Assembly (NCBI RefSeq): GCF_006345805.1
Contig: NC_043003.1
Span: forward strand, 100,936,001-101,000,000
DNA from: Octopus sinensis
Lineage: Eukaryota
Reading direction: 5' to 3'
DNA: 64,000 nucleotides
Positions 25,480 to 39,810 of this stretch are shown one piece after another. The notes under the pieces were generated by a model that worked only from the letters and a program-made list of their open reading frames with translations, was not told the origin of the DNA and made no database searches. Made by a program: the position numbers and the translations under genes. Within the stretch, counting starts at the first letter, position 1. Every line of letters begins with the position of its first letter.

Positions 25480-28045
25480 CTCATTTAACATTCATTTTCC
25501 ATGCTGGCATGGGTTGGATGGTTTCACTGAAAACAGGTAAGTCAGGGAGCTGCACCAGGTTCCACTCTGATTTGGCAAAGCTTGGATGCTTTTCCTAATG
25601 CCAACCACTCTGAGAGTGTAGTAGATGTTTCTCGCATGCCAAGACATCATTGCCCTGACACCGACATCAGCCACAACTATGGTCTTACTTGGCTTGACAG
25701 ATCTACACACCATGTTATATTGCCAAAGGTCTTGGTCACCTGCCATTGCCTCCATGAGGTCCAACACTCAAACAGTAATTTTTATGTGCCACAGGCTCAG
25801 GTGCTGCTCAGATGACACAGGCATCAATGACAACTATGATTTCACTCAGCTCAACAGGTCTTCACAAGTTTCACCACCTCATACCATGTCTTCCACAAAT
25901 TCATTCCACTGTTAGAGTGCAACTCTTCTTTATACAGCTTTCTTCATCCATATGCATCACATGATCATACCAGCTCAGTTGTCTCTCTTGCACATCACAT
26001 CTGATATCTCTTATGCCCAACTTTTCTCTCAGGATGCTTACACTCTGTTTGCATGCACTCTGACATTAAACATCCAGTGAAGTAAACTAGCTTCATTTCT
26101 TACAAGCCTATGCATGTCCCTGGCAGTCACAGCCCATGTTTCACTGTTGTTTAACATGGCTGTTTGCACAGACATCCTTTCACTCTGATCGAGAGGCCCT
26201 TTATTACCAACAGAAGTAGGAGCTCTCTGAACTTTGCCCAGCCTATTTGTATTCTAGCAGCTACACTCTCGGAACATATACCCCCGCTGCTGACCTAGTC
26301 TCCTTAGGTAACAGAAGTTATTGACTACTACTAGTTTTCACCACTGGCACATGATAGAATTCATTTTCTGTACATTTTTAGTGTTAATTGTATCTGTGCA
26401 CTTTCCACACAAAAAAAACTATCTTCCCTGATAACCTTCTTCTGATATTGCTGTCCCTCTTATGTGTCCATAGCTTACACCAAGTACATCTTATGGAGTT
26501 TCTACCTATGTCTTTCCTACAGATCAAGCAGGGCCATCTACCTGAAGGGATTTGTAATTTGTCTGCCTTCCTATCAAGACTTTGTTTTTTTTTCTAGGTT
26601 AACTCTAAGGCCCTTCGATTCTAGACCTTGCTTCAACACCTGAAACCTTTTCTAGTTCTGGTAATGATTCATCTATAAGAGCAAGGTCATCAGCACAGTG
26701 GAGCTCTCAGGGGTAGCCTATCTTGAATTCCTCTGATATTGTCTGGAGGACTATGATGAACAAAAGAGGGCTGAGGACTGATCCTTGTTGAACCCACTAC
26801 TTGTACTATGAATTCTTCACTATACCTGTTACAAACCCTCACCTTACTGACAACATCCCTGTATATGGCTTGTACAGCTGTCACCAACCACTCATCAATC
26901 CCTAGTTTCTGCATTGACCACTAGATAAAGGATCGGTGCGGGGGCGGCCAGTCAAAGGCTTTCTCCATGTCAAGAAAAGCCAAGAACAGATTTCTTTGGC
27001 TAGGTCTTACCAGAAATATAGCATCAGTGGTGCATCTCTCTGGCACAAAACCAAATTGAATCTTATCTAAACTAACTTTTTCCCTAATTAGTTGGGCTTA
27101 TGACCCTCTCCATAACTTTCATCACCTGATCCAACAATTTGATACCTCTGTAATTATTTCTAAGGCATCATCTTTATCTTTGTAACATTTGAGAATGTTG
27201 TTGCTACACCAGTCATTGGGTATGACTCCTTCATGTACCATATGGTTAACTATACAGGTGACTAGACCATAGCCTACACCATCAGATATTTTAAGCATCT
27301 CAACAGTGATTCCTGAAGGGTCGGGAGCTTTCTCAGTCTTCATATCCTTAATTACTTTATCTACCAAAGTACTGTTGATTCGGATAGCTGGTCCCTTAGT
27401 TGGGTCAACATTTGGCAGACTCTCTTTCTCCCAATTATTCTCTTCATAGTGGTGTTTCCAAGCCTCTTTCTTTGCAGCATCATAAAATGCAAGTGAGCCA
27501 TCATCCATGTGGACACACTTCTCTCCTATGACATCATGATTTTCTCTCACACGTTGTCTTGCAATTCAAAACACTTCAAGTCTCTGGTCCTCACGATGCG
27601 GAACAATAGCAAAGCTCTTCTTTTCTACTTCCCTCTGGCCAAGTATATCTGTTTCCTAGCTTTCCTTCTGGATATCTGATACAGTTCCCTACTACCATAT
27701 TTCCAGGCCCATTTCTTTTCTCTAATGGCCCTGTCAACTATATTGTTCCACCACCATGTTACCTTAGGTTGAGAGGGGACTTTGCATCAGCCACAGATCT
27801 GGTCAGTAACCCGCAACAGATTGTCTCATAGGAATCTCCAGTTGTCCTCCTTTCTGTAAAAATCTTCATGTAATACGTCTTTAAATCTCTGTCCATTTAG
27901 AGGATCCTTAAGCTTCCAGACCTTTCTTTTCCACAATGGTCATCTTCTGGGCAACCATTTATCCCTGATCCTGAAGTTACTAACAACTGACCTATGTTGG
28001 TGGGGTGCATTCTTCAACTGGGAAAGTTTTGGCATTTAGCCATCT
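25480..28045 (-). mobile_element. Older, CpG-decayed RTE LINE copy of the same family as 10722-13140
   Basis: Collinear with the 10.7-13.1 kb copy and extends further 5'. Many stops and frameshifts. Confidence 0.9.
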
Positions 28046-29499
28046 TTCTCATTTCCTACCACTGGATTGCTAGGTGAACAGGTGATTGACAGATTTCCTG
28101 AAGTTAGTATTGCAGATCATAAGATAATTTGCGTCACAGAACTTCAGCAGCTTGGTTCCGTTCGCATTGTGGGAACCAAATCAAAAAAATTCAACTGCCA
28201 ACTTACTCCTACATGTCTATTTCAGTTAATGACCATATTTTTTCACTTAACCAAAAGTGTTATGTAACAACAGATTTTTTTTAACTACATTGATTACAAA
28301 ATCTTGAAACTGTTTTGCTTTCATTTTATTCTACTGCAGTAAGAGTTTTGAAACTTGGTCTCTAACTATTAGCATTTTTTTATATTTACATGAGTAGTAT
28401 AGTATATTATGGTGGCATAACGAAATACCATGTATCTGCAAGTTATTAGTATTTACTTTGAATCTCCTTCTGAAATGTGACGTTATTTTAGAAAGCATTA
28501 TTAAAATACTTTTCATTTAACTCTTAATTTAGCCATTCTATTTAAATGTTTTTTAAATTCATTTTTCTACTGTGGTCAACTCTTTCCCATTATTTGACAC
28601 CTATCTGTCAACTAAAACAGTTTTTTGGAGGTCAGTGCTATTAATCTGCTTAAAACTGTTAAGAGCGGATACAATTGGACCTTTAGCCCTGAAACAAACA
28701 TCAGAGAAGATCCTGGGTCAAAGTTGCTCTTTGAGTGGTTTGGTCAACCCATCTTATCATGTAAAGGGGAATATATTAATTGGTAGAATTTGAAATACAA
28801 TTTTAAGCACTGCGGTTGATACTTGTAAATATCCATTCTGGCAGGGGTCTGTCCTTTTTGTGAATGAATTGCTGCTTTAGGCTTCTACTCATATGTGAAG
28901 TGAGTTACCATCTCTCCCAAGAATGAAGTGAGACTTGCAGGTACAAGGTTGAAGGGTAGTCACAGATGGGAATCAGACACATTATAGACTAGGACACTAC
29001 AGAGACTCTCATACTCTTACTCTCTCATTACTCTAGACATTACTCATCATCATTCTGCTGTCAATCTCTTCAATTCTTCACAGATTACTCAGTTATCAAC
29101 CCATTTGCTCTCTAATTCTTTTATTCTTTTTTAAGTATTTACTTGACATCAATTACATCATAGAAGTCATTGTGACCATTTAAAATACAAACACAGTTAT
29201 ATCTAAAACACTTAAACTGTTCTATATTTCTTGATAGTATTGGCAGCTAAAGCATCAAGTTTTGTCATCCCTCTATGACCTGGTTGCTGACAGTTCAACT
29301 TCAGTGGAATCTTGTCAGTGACCAAGTTGTAGAAATACCTTGAAACTTGTCACTTTATAGTGTACAATACCATCAAGAAATACAAAAGTGACAATATAGA
29401 TTTTAAATGCTCTCAATCATTCATGATGATACTATTTTCATTTCTTCATATGATTTTAGATTCAATACAATTATCAAACAAATATAACTTGCAAATAAC

Positions 29500-29630
29500 C
29501 TGATATCATTTGACATGTATTTTTCTGGATCTGAACCTGCATCAAATATTCGGGAAAATAATTCTTTACGTTGCATGTCCACCAAAAATAGAGATGCACG
29601 GTCAGCATTTGTTAAGGTCTTGGCAGAGCT
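29500..29630 (-). CDS. PDE10A: PDE10A-like exon, GAF-B (SSAKTLTNADRASLFLVDMQRKELFSRIFDAGSDPEKYMSNDI(R))
   Basis: 131-nt exon, aattttag / GTTATT, phase 0 to 2. Matches PDE10A '[30 protein letters not shown]'. Confidence 0.93.
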
Positions 29631-31213
29631 CTAAAATTAGACAAGAACAAGTTAAATTATTAAACTAAGTCACATTGAGATGCTTATCTTCTACTACTGA
29701 AACTATAACACTCAAATTTATATTGTATGTAATTTAATTCTCCATAATAACAGTAATAAATCTGTCAAAGGTGGAGTGTAATAAACCTGTTAAAAAGTGG
29801 ATGAGCTTGCTCAGAAACTATCTAAACAGCATTTTTTGTTGTTGCTGGCAATGCCATTGTTAGTATCATACACTATACTACCAATTCATGAGAGTAACCA
29901 ATAGCCTGAGACCATACACTAAGGTTGCCCTTGGCAGGGTTAGACCTACCACAAAGGGAAGCAGAGCCTTTTTAGCATTGGCTGGCAGGCTCCCAGATGT
30001 GGGATAAAAACATTGGTGTTTGACATCATAATGCTACAGCCCTGGGTTCAATGCCAGATAAAGTGTTATTACAACTGCATTAATGAAACTAATCCTCAAG
30101 TAAAGTTCTCTGACAGCAAGTCTTACCATGACACAAGCTCAGCCTGGTCATTATTCAATTACAGCTGCAAAGATCTTATAATAAATTTGCTTGTCATTAT
30201 GTTATTTGGCTTTTACGTGATTAGAGAAAGAGAGAGAGAATGAAAAGTGGGCGAGAGAAGAAGGGAGAGAGAGAAGCATCCATGAATGTAATTGTAATAC
30301 TTTCAAGTGATTAGTTGAAGGGAATGAGAGGTGAAAGAAAAAGAGAAAAAGAGGATAAGGTGAAGAGCGAGACAGAAAGGAGAGAGAAAAAGAGCATCCA
30401 TGACGTGTGGTAGGGAAGTGTAATATTTATTATGTGGTTAAAAAAGTTAGTTGTAGGTGGTAGTGATGTAGAAAAAGAGTTAGAAATATAATTTTCGCAG
30501 AGGGGTGATGTTAAAGAAAGGCAGAGAGAAGGGAAGATGAGGTAGTGGTGGTGCATGGATAATGAAAAGTGTATTTTTTTTGTTTTTTATTGAACTAAAT
30601 TTTTTATATCATTTAATGCATACACTTAAGTGCAATTCCATGAAATATTCACGCTTATTTATATGGTGAATATAGGCAATTTAACTAAAAGTTGTATCAT
30701 GTACAGAATATTTTTCTTTCTTTATGGGTGAAATGGAAAAATAAGAGTGAATATTTATTTTATGAGTGTTATGCATTAAGTCTATAAAATTGTGCATTAA
30801 GTATATAAAGTGCATTAAGTAATCGTATTCCAGTTTCCTTCACTTTTCAATGAGTAGCAGATGAGCAACTATCTTTTCATACAGATACAACACAGGCTAC
30901 AGGTTTTTTAGATAAAGTTTCCAGAAATAACCCAATAGGTTTACCATTACTTCTGAGAAATATTCATGGGTCCTGCTAGTTAGGAAAAAGGGTCTTAATG
31001 ATAACTGAATTCAAAATATTGCTACATGAATGAGCCTGTAAAAGAAAGTATTGAATAAGAAACAACAGAAAGGAGAGAAATATTCACCAAGGTCAAATCA
31101 AGTTTAACTTTTTACTACAATGGCTAAATGAGATATGAACTAGTGAAAAAATGAGGCTACCAACTTTGAGTGGAATTGAGTGAAAAACTAAGTTGCAAAG
31201 ATGTTGGACGAGA

Positions 31214-32211
31214 TATGGGGGGTGTTCATTAAAGATTTCCCCGAACCCACTTCCCAAGGACTGGAATAAATAAAATCATGTGTGATAAGTCTGCCAAAAA
31301 AGCATATTATGCTTCTCTGCTGCAGAAATTGTGGGATGTCATCAAAGCAGAGAGGCGTGGTATGCTGACCAAAGGAGTCCACCTCCTCCACGGCAATGCC
31401 CCAGTTCACGATGTGCATGTTACCCAGATGAAAGCACACTCCTGTGGCTATGAAATCCTTCCTTATCCCCCTTACTTTCCTGACCTTGCACCATTTGACT
31501 TCCACCTCTTTTCAACCATGAAGTCTTCAATTGTTTCAACTGAACTTTAGTCTCAGGATCATAGTGATGGACCCGTATTTCATCCTGTGTGATAAGTCTG
31601 CCAAAAAAGTCCTTGTTTTCTTGGCACGTTGACAAAAATGCCTGGGAGCAACTGACTCATTCCTGCTTCTGAAAAGGTGTCAGCATCCAGGGAATCCATC
31701 GTGCAGACAACTCTCACATGTACAAATAGTCATGATTTTTCCATGGACCCTACACTTATCTTCACTTTTTTGGTTAGTTGCTGAATAGTTATGTAGTGAT
31801 CCTCCAAAATGGTAACTTCCACTTTATGGATGGTGTTGTCATCAATGGCGGAATGTGGTCATCCAGGAGCAGTTTCCTCCCATGTCTGACCACATTTGAA
31901 CTGGCGATGCCAGTGCATGACTACATTGTATGGTGGTGCAATGTCACCATAAACTTCTTTCATCTCATCAAAAGTCTCTTTTGGTGTACAGCCTTTCAAG
32001 TATAAGAACCTGATCACTGATCTGTGTTCGACTGCCTCCATTGAAACACCTTAGTCCACTTCAGCAGCCGTAAAAGACAAACGAATACTAGTGGAAAGCT
32101 GCAATTTACAATGTGGTATGTAGCGACATGTATGTTTATACCTGTACAAGTTCCATTTCCTGCAATAACCGGAAGTGGGTCAGGGGAATTCTTTAATGAA
32201 CACCCCTCATA
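31214..32211. mobile_element. Mariner element with both TIRs and an internally inverted transposase C-terminus
   Basis: TIRs at 31214-31254 and 32171-32211. N-terminal half on the minus strand (RLITQDE..HHYDPE). C-terminal half on the plus strand (LLHGNAPVH, PYFPDLAPFDFHLF). Confidence 0.88.
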
Positions 32212-32536
32212 TGAAAATCAATGTTGAGAAAGTAACAGACTTAACTTCATACACTGGACAACTTCTATTGCCTTAGAAATTTCTGATGTTAAATGTCAAG
32301 CAAAAAAAAAAAAAAATGGAAATGGAGACTTGAGAATCAAGTTGAACAGTGATCTTTGGAGAATAAATACAATAATTAAAAGATGGTGAAGGAAAGACAC
32401 AAATGAGCTCCAAAGAAAGTCTTAGTGACAGGATTACAGGTAGTTAAAGAAGAGATAAGATAAAAATTGAGGCAACATCAATAAAAGAAGAAAAGCAAGG
32501 GGTAACTCTGTAATTATAGGCGTATTAGATACTTAC

Positions 32537-32585
32537 CATTATTCTGCAAATTATTAATTGACCCAATAGCAGATGAATTATATAG
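32537..32585 (-). CDS. Candidate mutually exclusive alternative to the 37051-37099 exon ((S)YIIHLLLGQLIICRIM)
   Basis: Same length (49 nt) and phases. Open frame ending ATA ATG|GTAAGT. Acceptor ttctctttttcctaaaag is a weaker AAG. Confidence 0.4.
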
Positions 32586-32779
32586 CTTTTAGGAAAAAGA
32601 GAATCTATTATCAGTGAAGAGGAACTACTGGTCTGTATGTTGATATTTTACTATTGGCTGGATAGACTAATGTTCCACACTATTGGGGTTTGGAGTGCCT
32701 GAGAACACTTGGTCAATGAAAAGGTTCTTTTTTTAGAATGAGCAAAGAGATCATGATTAGTAAAACTAATATGTGGAAG

Positions 32780-34220
32780 TGAATCATTTGGAAATGTAAA
32801 AATGCAGAGGGGATTATTTCAGGAAAACACACTCCCTCCATTGTATTTTTTTCCTAGTGTTAATCCTTCTGACAAGCATACTCAGAAAATCCAGGCCTGT
32901 CTATAAGTTTGCTAAAACCAGAGTGAAAATATATCACCTGCTATATATGGATGACATCGAACTGTACATGAAAAATACAAAAAGGAATGGATTCCCTGAT
33001 CCAACAGTAAGAATATTCAGCAAAGACTGGGGTGAATAAGTGTGCAATGTCAATCATGAAGAGAGGCTGAAAGATTAAATAAAGGATACAAGTACCCAGG
33101 AGGGAAAGGTAATGGGCAGTGAAATGAGAAAGTCTCCAGAAGAAAAGAAGGCTTAGAAAGGTGCTTGAAACAAAACTAAATAGATGGAATATTATCAACA
33201 CAATGAATATATATTCCTTACCATTATTAGGATACCCTGCTCCTTTTCTAAAATGGACCAAGACAGCTACAAGAATTAGAAGAACTCAGAAGCTACTCAA
33301 TTCACAGTTATGTACTATTCTAAAAGTAATATCAACAGTCTCCACTTTACTTAGAAAGAAAGGAGGCAAATGACAAATTAGTATTGTGATTGAGTTTAAA
33401 AAAACTATGTTGTACATAATGATGAAAGAATATTATCTTGGGCTAGAAATACCCCACCCCCACCCAAATAATCACTAGAATTGTGAAAAGTTTCGAGAAT
33501 GAGAAGGAAGATTGATAGGACAAATAGCTGAAAATAGAAGGAATTATATGATCTTTTCATGCAACAAATGAGGAAGTTGAAAGTGAAGAATGTTGGTTGC
33601 TGACATGAAAACCTGAAATGAGAAACTGAATCACTGAACAAGCCATTGGAATGTACTTGATAAATACATACAAAGTTATAAAACTATGACAACAAATGTA
33701 GAATCTGTACATAAGGATATGAAAGTATTAATTATTTCTTAAGTGCATGCAGGTAGATAACACAAAACGTGTGCAGACAGGACTGTGTTGATAAGAGAGT
33801 GCATTGGGATGTTAGCTAAGTATGTGGATTAAAAGTAGCAGAAAAGTGATATGAGCTAGAGGCTGTGATTGAGAATATATCTAATTCTGGGATTTCTCCA
33901 TAAAGAGTGTCCAAACTACTGAAGCAAAAAGACCACATATGATTGTAGAGTACAACAAAGAAAAAAAATGAGATCATAAACTTTGTAATACCATATGAGT
34001 GGATTACCAAAGCAAAAGAAATATCCAGACCAAGCCAGAGTGAAAATTATTCTTGTGGTAATCAGTGCACTTGACATAACACCCAAACTTTTACTTAAGA
34101 CACTGAAGAATATTAGAATTGAAACACATTGTCAACCAGAAGAAAAGTGCCATATTGTATTTGGCAAGAATTCAAACAAAGATTCTGGAGATTTGAGGAG
34201 ACTTATTATTAAACATCAGG
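32780..34220 (+). mobile_element. Highly degraded Dong/R4-type (RLE) LINE remnant
   Basis: YHLLYMDDIELY RT motif, 'KLNRWNIINTMN' and C-terminal 'ILVVISAL' typical of RLE LINEs. Confidence 0.65.
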
Positions 34221-35049
34221 ATAGCATCCCTGCAAATTAAATTAGCATGTAAAAGCTTTTGAATATTATCATTTTAATAATCATATGTACATATATGCAT
34301 ACACACACATAAAAGCACACAAGCATGGATATACACACAAGCATGGATATTAACATGTAAAGTTGTATGTAAAAACAATTTAACATCAAATTGAAGGATA
34401 CTTCATTGCTTTTTTGTAGAGTAAATACTAAGTTTTGGAAGCAAGAGGTCAACAGTGACTGCCTACTAGCCATCATCAGACTGCCAGATGATAAGTAAGC
34501 CAAAACTTTGAAGTTACTGTCAACCTTTGCCTTGAGAAAATTCATATACACACAGTTTTGTAAATTCTAATTAAATTTCCTATAGATAATATGTGTCTGG
34601 TGACTAAAGTCCCATTATTTCAAAGTGTATTCCCAGATATTATAACCAATTTCATGAGCTAATATATCAGACCACATATACTTGCAGTATTTTAAAGTTT
34701 ATAACAACTTACATTATTATCAGTCACAGCACAAAACATTTTGATAAGATACAGATCTTATGAAATCTAAGCAGCTGCATGCTTTTAGCTTCATCAAATA
34801 TTTCAAGATTGAAGTGATGTAACATCACTTGGCTGCCAACTATGGCCTTCTCTCAGTGGTGGTGGTGGGGTTCATGGTGGTTATTAATTTACAGTACTTA
34901 AATTTTTCTTATGTTGAAATCATATTTTAAATTGTTTTTATTTTTTTAAATGTATAATTTCATTAAAAGTACATTTATATGAAATTCGTTTTTAAGTAAA
35001 ATTTTCAAACTTTATCCTTTTATGCCTTATTGCTTCCTGAAAAGTTTCA

Positions 35050-36330
35050 ATAGTTTAAATCCTTCCAATATCCATTGCTCATGGAGGAGAAAACACTTAT
35101 TGGAGTCCTTCCACTACTAGTTATCTCTGGCCAGTTGTGGATGAGATCATTTTGTCTTTGGTTGGCCTCTTGATCTTGTCCATTGTCTTGATATCCATTC
35201 TGTCACCCTGATTGTCCATCTGTTCTCCTTCAGACATGTGATGTGACCAGCCCATCTATATTCGTTCTCCTTGATGATTCTTATAATGCCATTGACTCTC
35301 TTGTGCAGTTGAGTCAAGGTGTTGGTTTCTTTGTCTCACTGTGTGATGCCAAGCATGATTTTTTTCTTTTCTAGTGGGCCACAATGAGGTCGTCCATGAT
35401 GGTAGTATTGAGAGCCCATGTTTCATTGCAATAAATCCATCACTGGCAGGATGTACTAGTTGAAGATCTTTGCATTAATTTTCATGGAAGTTGGAACTTC
35501 TCATGAGATTTTCCACCTTTGCAAAGGTCACTCAAGTGCTATTCTTCTCTTGATTTCTAGGAGGAGATTTCTGTCTTTCATCACCATCTTTCCCAGGTAG
35601 ATGTATTTATCTATGTTTTCTGTGGTCTTGCCATTTATATAGTGACAGGCACTAGCATAACGTGCCTGTTGAACATGATCTTAGTCTTTCCAAGGTTCAT
35701 GTTGAGTAGTGTGGATATCAGTGAGCCTTTCTTCCAGTTCCTTAGTTGTATGCAATGTCAAGGTATTATCATCTGTGAAGTCTAGGTGACATAGTTATGC
35801 CCTTCTTGTCCCATTGGATTTTGATGAAGATAGCATCTTGCTGGCACCATGTAAACAACCAGTGATATGCCTTGATTTTATTACTGTCTTGGTGTAGCCT
35901 GAGGATCGATGTTGCACTGCTGTAAAGATCTTTCAGCATTGCAATGTAGGCAAGGTCCACTCCTTGGTTCTTCAGTGCTGTAAGGAGTGGTTTGAATCCT
36001 ATGGAGTCAAAAGTCTTCTCACAGTCAACAAAGGCAAAGCAGAGCAGAATGCTGTATTTGTTTGCCGTCTCTTGCAACCTAACAATCTGAATGTGATCAT
36101 TAGTAGAGAATTCTGCCCTGAAGCCATTTTGTTCCTTTGGTTGATAAAGGTCCGAGGTGCTGAGCATCCTTCTGAGCATAGTGTTGGAGAATGTCTTATA
36201 GATGATAGGCAGGAGACTGATGGGATTGTAGTTGCTCAAGTCTGTTTTGTCCCCTTTCTTTAAAAGCAAGACCCCTACTGGATTTTTCCAGCTGTTAGGG
36301 ACTTTGCCTTCTTTTGAAGCATTTGTTGAA
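35050..36330 (-). mobile_element. Degraded RTE-type LINE RT remnant
   Basis: KKGDKTDLSNYNPISLL, QPKEQNGFRAEFSTNDHI, FAFVDCEKTFDSI. Confidence 0.85.
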
Positions 36331-37050
36331 TAGCTCAGTGAGTTAATAATAAGGGTTAATTTGACAGATTTTCCATAAAATTCTTTATATTGATTCTCAT
36401 TAAATTAGACTTTTCTCTTCAACTTTATCTCTTTTAGCTTTCTTTGACTTTGCTTCATGTTCCCCTCTACAAACCAGATCTTCCTGTCTATACACTAAAC
36501 TTTTAATGGTGAATTGAATTGTTTGAAGCTTAATAGGCTAAATATGACTTATTTTTAGCAATAGGTGTCCATATGCTTCTTGTTAGGGTGCTGACACTAA
36601 TTGTATGTTCTTCTAATGAATGTGTCATGTGACTAGGATATAAAACATAATCTCCTTTTTTCATTGGAGAGCAACATACAACATTATTCAGTATTAGACT
36701 CAGTGAGCGGTATTAGAATATCTGGATAAGCTACTTGAATATCCAAAACCAGTGGAAATGTTGGAATGATTTTGGGGATGGATCTAGTGATTGATTTTCT
36801 TTTTTCTAAAACAGCAAAACTATTACCCAACAAACAATTGTAGTCTTTCTGGTGAAGAACTATGAAAAGACTTTTAGAATTTACAATGCTATTGACAGAA
36901 ACCAATAACACTGATAGCTAATTATGATGCAACTATAAGGTATTTGTGCTAATTTAGAGAGTAATAAACAGAATTTAACAGCACTTAAAAAAAAGTCTTG
37001 TTGAACACTAAAAATATATTTGCTATCTACAATGTAGAATAAGAACTTAC

Positions 37051-37099
37051 CATAATCTTTATTATTATTGTATCCATGCTCATGTCACTGAAGATGGAC
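37051..37099 (-). CDS. PDE10A: PDE10A-like exon (SIFSDMSMDTIIIKIM)
   Basis: 49-nt exon with a long polypyrimidine tract, cag acceptor and GTAAGT donor, phase 2 to 0. Matches PDE10A 'TYFDNIVAIDSLLEHIM'. Confidence 0.9.
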
Positions 37100-37929
37100 C
37101 TGTGGAGGGATAAAAGAAAAAAGAAAATGAAAACAATTTTTTGTTTTATTCTGATCAATAGATTTAATGTCAGAGACATCTCAGCCATGACGTTCTTATT
37201 TTGTTTTCAGACATTGTACATTTAGAACAACATTTTCCAAAGTATCCTTCATTTTTTAAAGAGAGGTTTCCTACTCTCAACAAACTCTCTAATTTAGTTT
37301 CTTTTTTATTATAATTTTTATTAGAATTTTGACTTTAAAAAAATATATAAACTGCCACTGAAAATGTCTCTTCTTTTAAAACTGTTTTTTCTTCAATTAG
37401 AGATTGTATGCATTCTCACTAGACTGATCATATTTTGGCAATATTGAAGTTGATAGCTGAAAATGGTAATACTTTCGTCATACACATCGATTCAATGGTA
37501 TTTAGTACATTTAATAGTATTGCCATTTTTAATTAATCTTGTATATAAATAGCAATTTCTGTCTGTCTGTTACCATCTTGCTGCCCAAACCAGGGAACCA
37601 ATCTTCACCAAACTTTGTATACATGTTGAACTAACATCCAATTCAATTATAAGCTAATTGGATTGCAATAAAAATCAATAATGGACCGATTACAGGGGTT
37701 AGGGTATTACATGATAAAATGAGAGGGGGGCAAAAGTGTTAGGTTCAGAAAAATGTGGCATAATGAGGGTGGCTGATATCAGGGAAGGGGAGGAGAAAGG
37801 AAGAGATAGACACACAGGGAATGTGAGAGATAGACAGAGAGAACGACAGACAAGGACATCTCCTATACATATAAGAGAGAGTTTTTTTTTTTGTGTGTGT
37901 GTGTGTGTATATATGTGTATCTTATGCAT

Positions 37930-38720
37930 TCGAAAACTGAGCTGCCAATTTTGATGTATGGGGTATCAAAAGATTCAGTAATCTCATGACTTTATTTTCA
38001 TTTACATATTTGCCTTAAAAAAATTTTACATTATAATCTTTTTCTATAAGTCAACTATCATAAACATTTTATACCATAACAATGACGATGACATCACATT
38101 TTTCTGTATGAGTATGTACCTTAAAAGAAATCCATTTCTCTATATGTTATGACAAAATACAGTCACTCACGCTCTCTCACATATATACAAAAAAGATGTA
38201 TACATATGTATTTATGTATGTGTATATAAGAGAGACTGAGTGAGTACCACTTAGACATTACATCTTTCACTTTCTCCTTTCTTTTACTTTCTCCTTTCTT
38301 TCACTTTCTGCTCTCACTTCAAAGCAAATGTCATGGTTTCACTTTCTCTCTTCTTTCACTTTCTGTTCTCTTCAAAGCATAAAGAAATAAATTTTTTTAC
38401 AGAAAGTACATTCAAAAACTGAGTTGCAATTTTGATGTATGGGTATCAAAAGATTCAGTGATCTTTTGGCTAACAAATAAACTTTATTTTCATTTACATA
38501 TTTGCATTACAAAAATATAACATTATAATATTTCTATAATTCAACTTTCCTAAATGACATTTTATACCATGATGACAATGATGTCACATTTTCTGTATGA
38601 ATGTGTACCTTAAAAGACATCTATTTCTCTATAGTTTATGAGGAAATAGAGTCACTTACTTTGTCTCTCACATGCACATGCACACATACATACAAAAAAG
38701 ATGAATGCATATGTATGTGT
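37930..38720. repeat. Diverged tandem duplication of a ~480-bp unit
   Basis: 'aaaactgag..caattttgatgtatgggtatcaaaagattcagt' and downstream blocks recur at about 37935 and 38415. Confidence 0.7.
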
Positions 38721-38817
38721 ATATGAAAGATAGTGTGTATGTGTGTGTGAGAGAGAGAGAGAGAGAGAGTGCCTCTTACTCATACATGCAAAAAATATAT
38801 ACATGACAACATACATC

Positions 38818-38882
<65 letters not shown>

Positions 38883-39179
38883 TCTCTCTCTCTCTCTCTC
38901 TCAGTAAAACTTCTGTATGAATTATGTTATTTCTTGCTATGTGCACACACAAAATTACAGCTCAAATCCAAGTGAAATCACCTTTTTCTATTCTGTAATT
39001 CATGTTCATGATGAGTGTATTTAAAAACCTCTGATCTTCGATACATATTTTAAAGCAAGTTCTCCCAGAAATCTTGTCCTTTACCTGTTGTTTCTAGCAT
39101 GTCTGAGGTGATATTTGCACCACCCAGCCAATTTTTTTCCTAAATTTCTTCTGATTCCTATGTTTTCAATACAGGAGAT

Positions 39180-39810
39180 TAGGATTTCGCCCAAAAAATA
39201 CATTCTCGCTATTTTAATTATCTTCCCCACCTTCCAATTTCTTCATTTTTTTACTTTTTTCAAATTGTTTTGAATTTTTTCCACAGAGAAAAAAAAACAG
39301 AGAGTACAAATCTTTAAGAATTTCTTAAAGAAATGCTAAATTCTCCTTCCAAAACATCCACCCATCACTTCACCACTTTCAAAATGCAACAAACTCCCAA
39401 TGTTTCACTTTTAGCTTTTTGGAAAGTGGGGACGTTTCTTCAGAAATAATGTCATTTACCTGTTGTTTCTAGCATGTTGGGTTTTCTGGTGGTGCCCTAA
39501 TATTTTTTATATCTGCTATTTCAGTACAATTCAACGCATGCATAAAACATCTGATGAAAGTGAAACACAGGGTGTTTTTAGATTTTTGAAAGCGGGTAGG
39601 TGATGGGTGGGCAAGGTGGGGGAAGGGGTATTGAGTGTCTCTTTAAGAAAAATTAAACTTTTTAAAAAAATTAATTTCCTAGATTCGTAATCTCTGTATT
39701 TTTCTACATGGATAAAAAAAAATTCATTAAAAAGTTACAAATTAAGAAATTGCAGTGGGGACGAGGGGAAAGTAAAATTATGAAAATGTGATTTTTGGGA
39801 AAAATTGTAT
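39180..39810. repeat. Old degenerate inverted repeat (MITE or foldback-like)
   Basis: 39180-39400 is roughly the reverse complement of 39580-39810 (cccacccatcac / gtgatgggtggg; cccaaaaaatacatt / aatgtgatttttggg). Confidence 0.5.
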
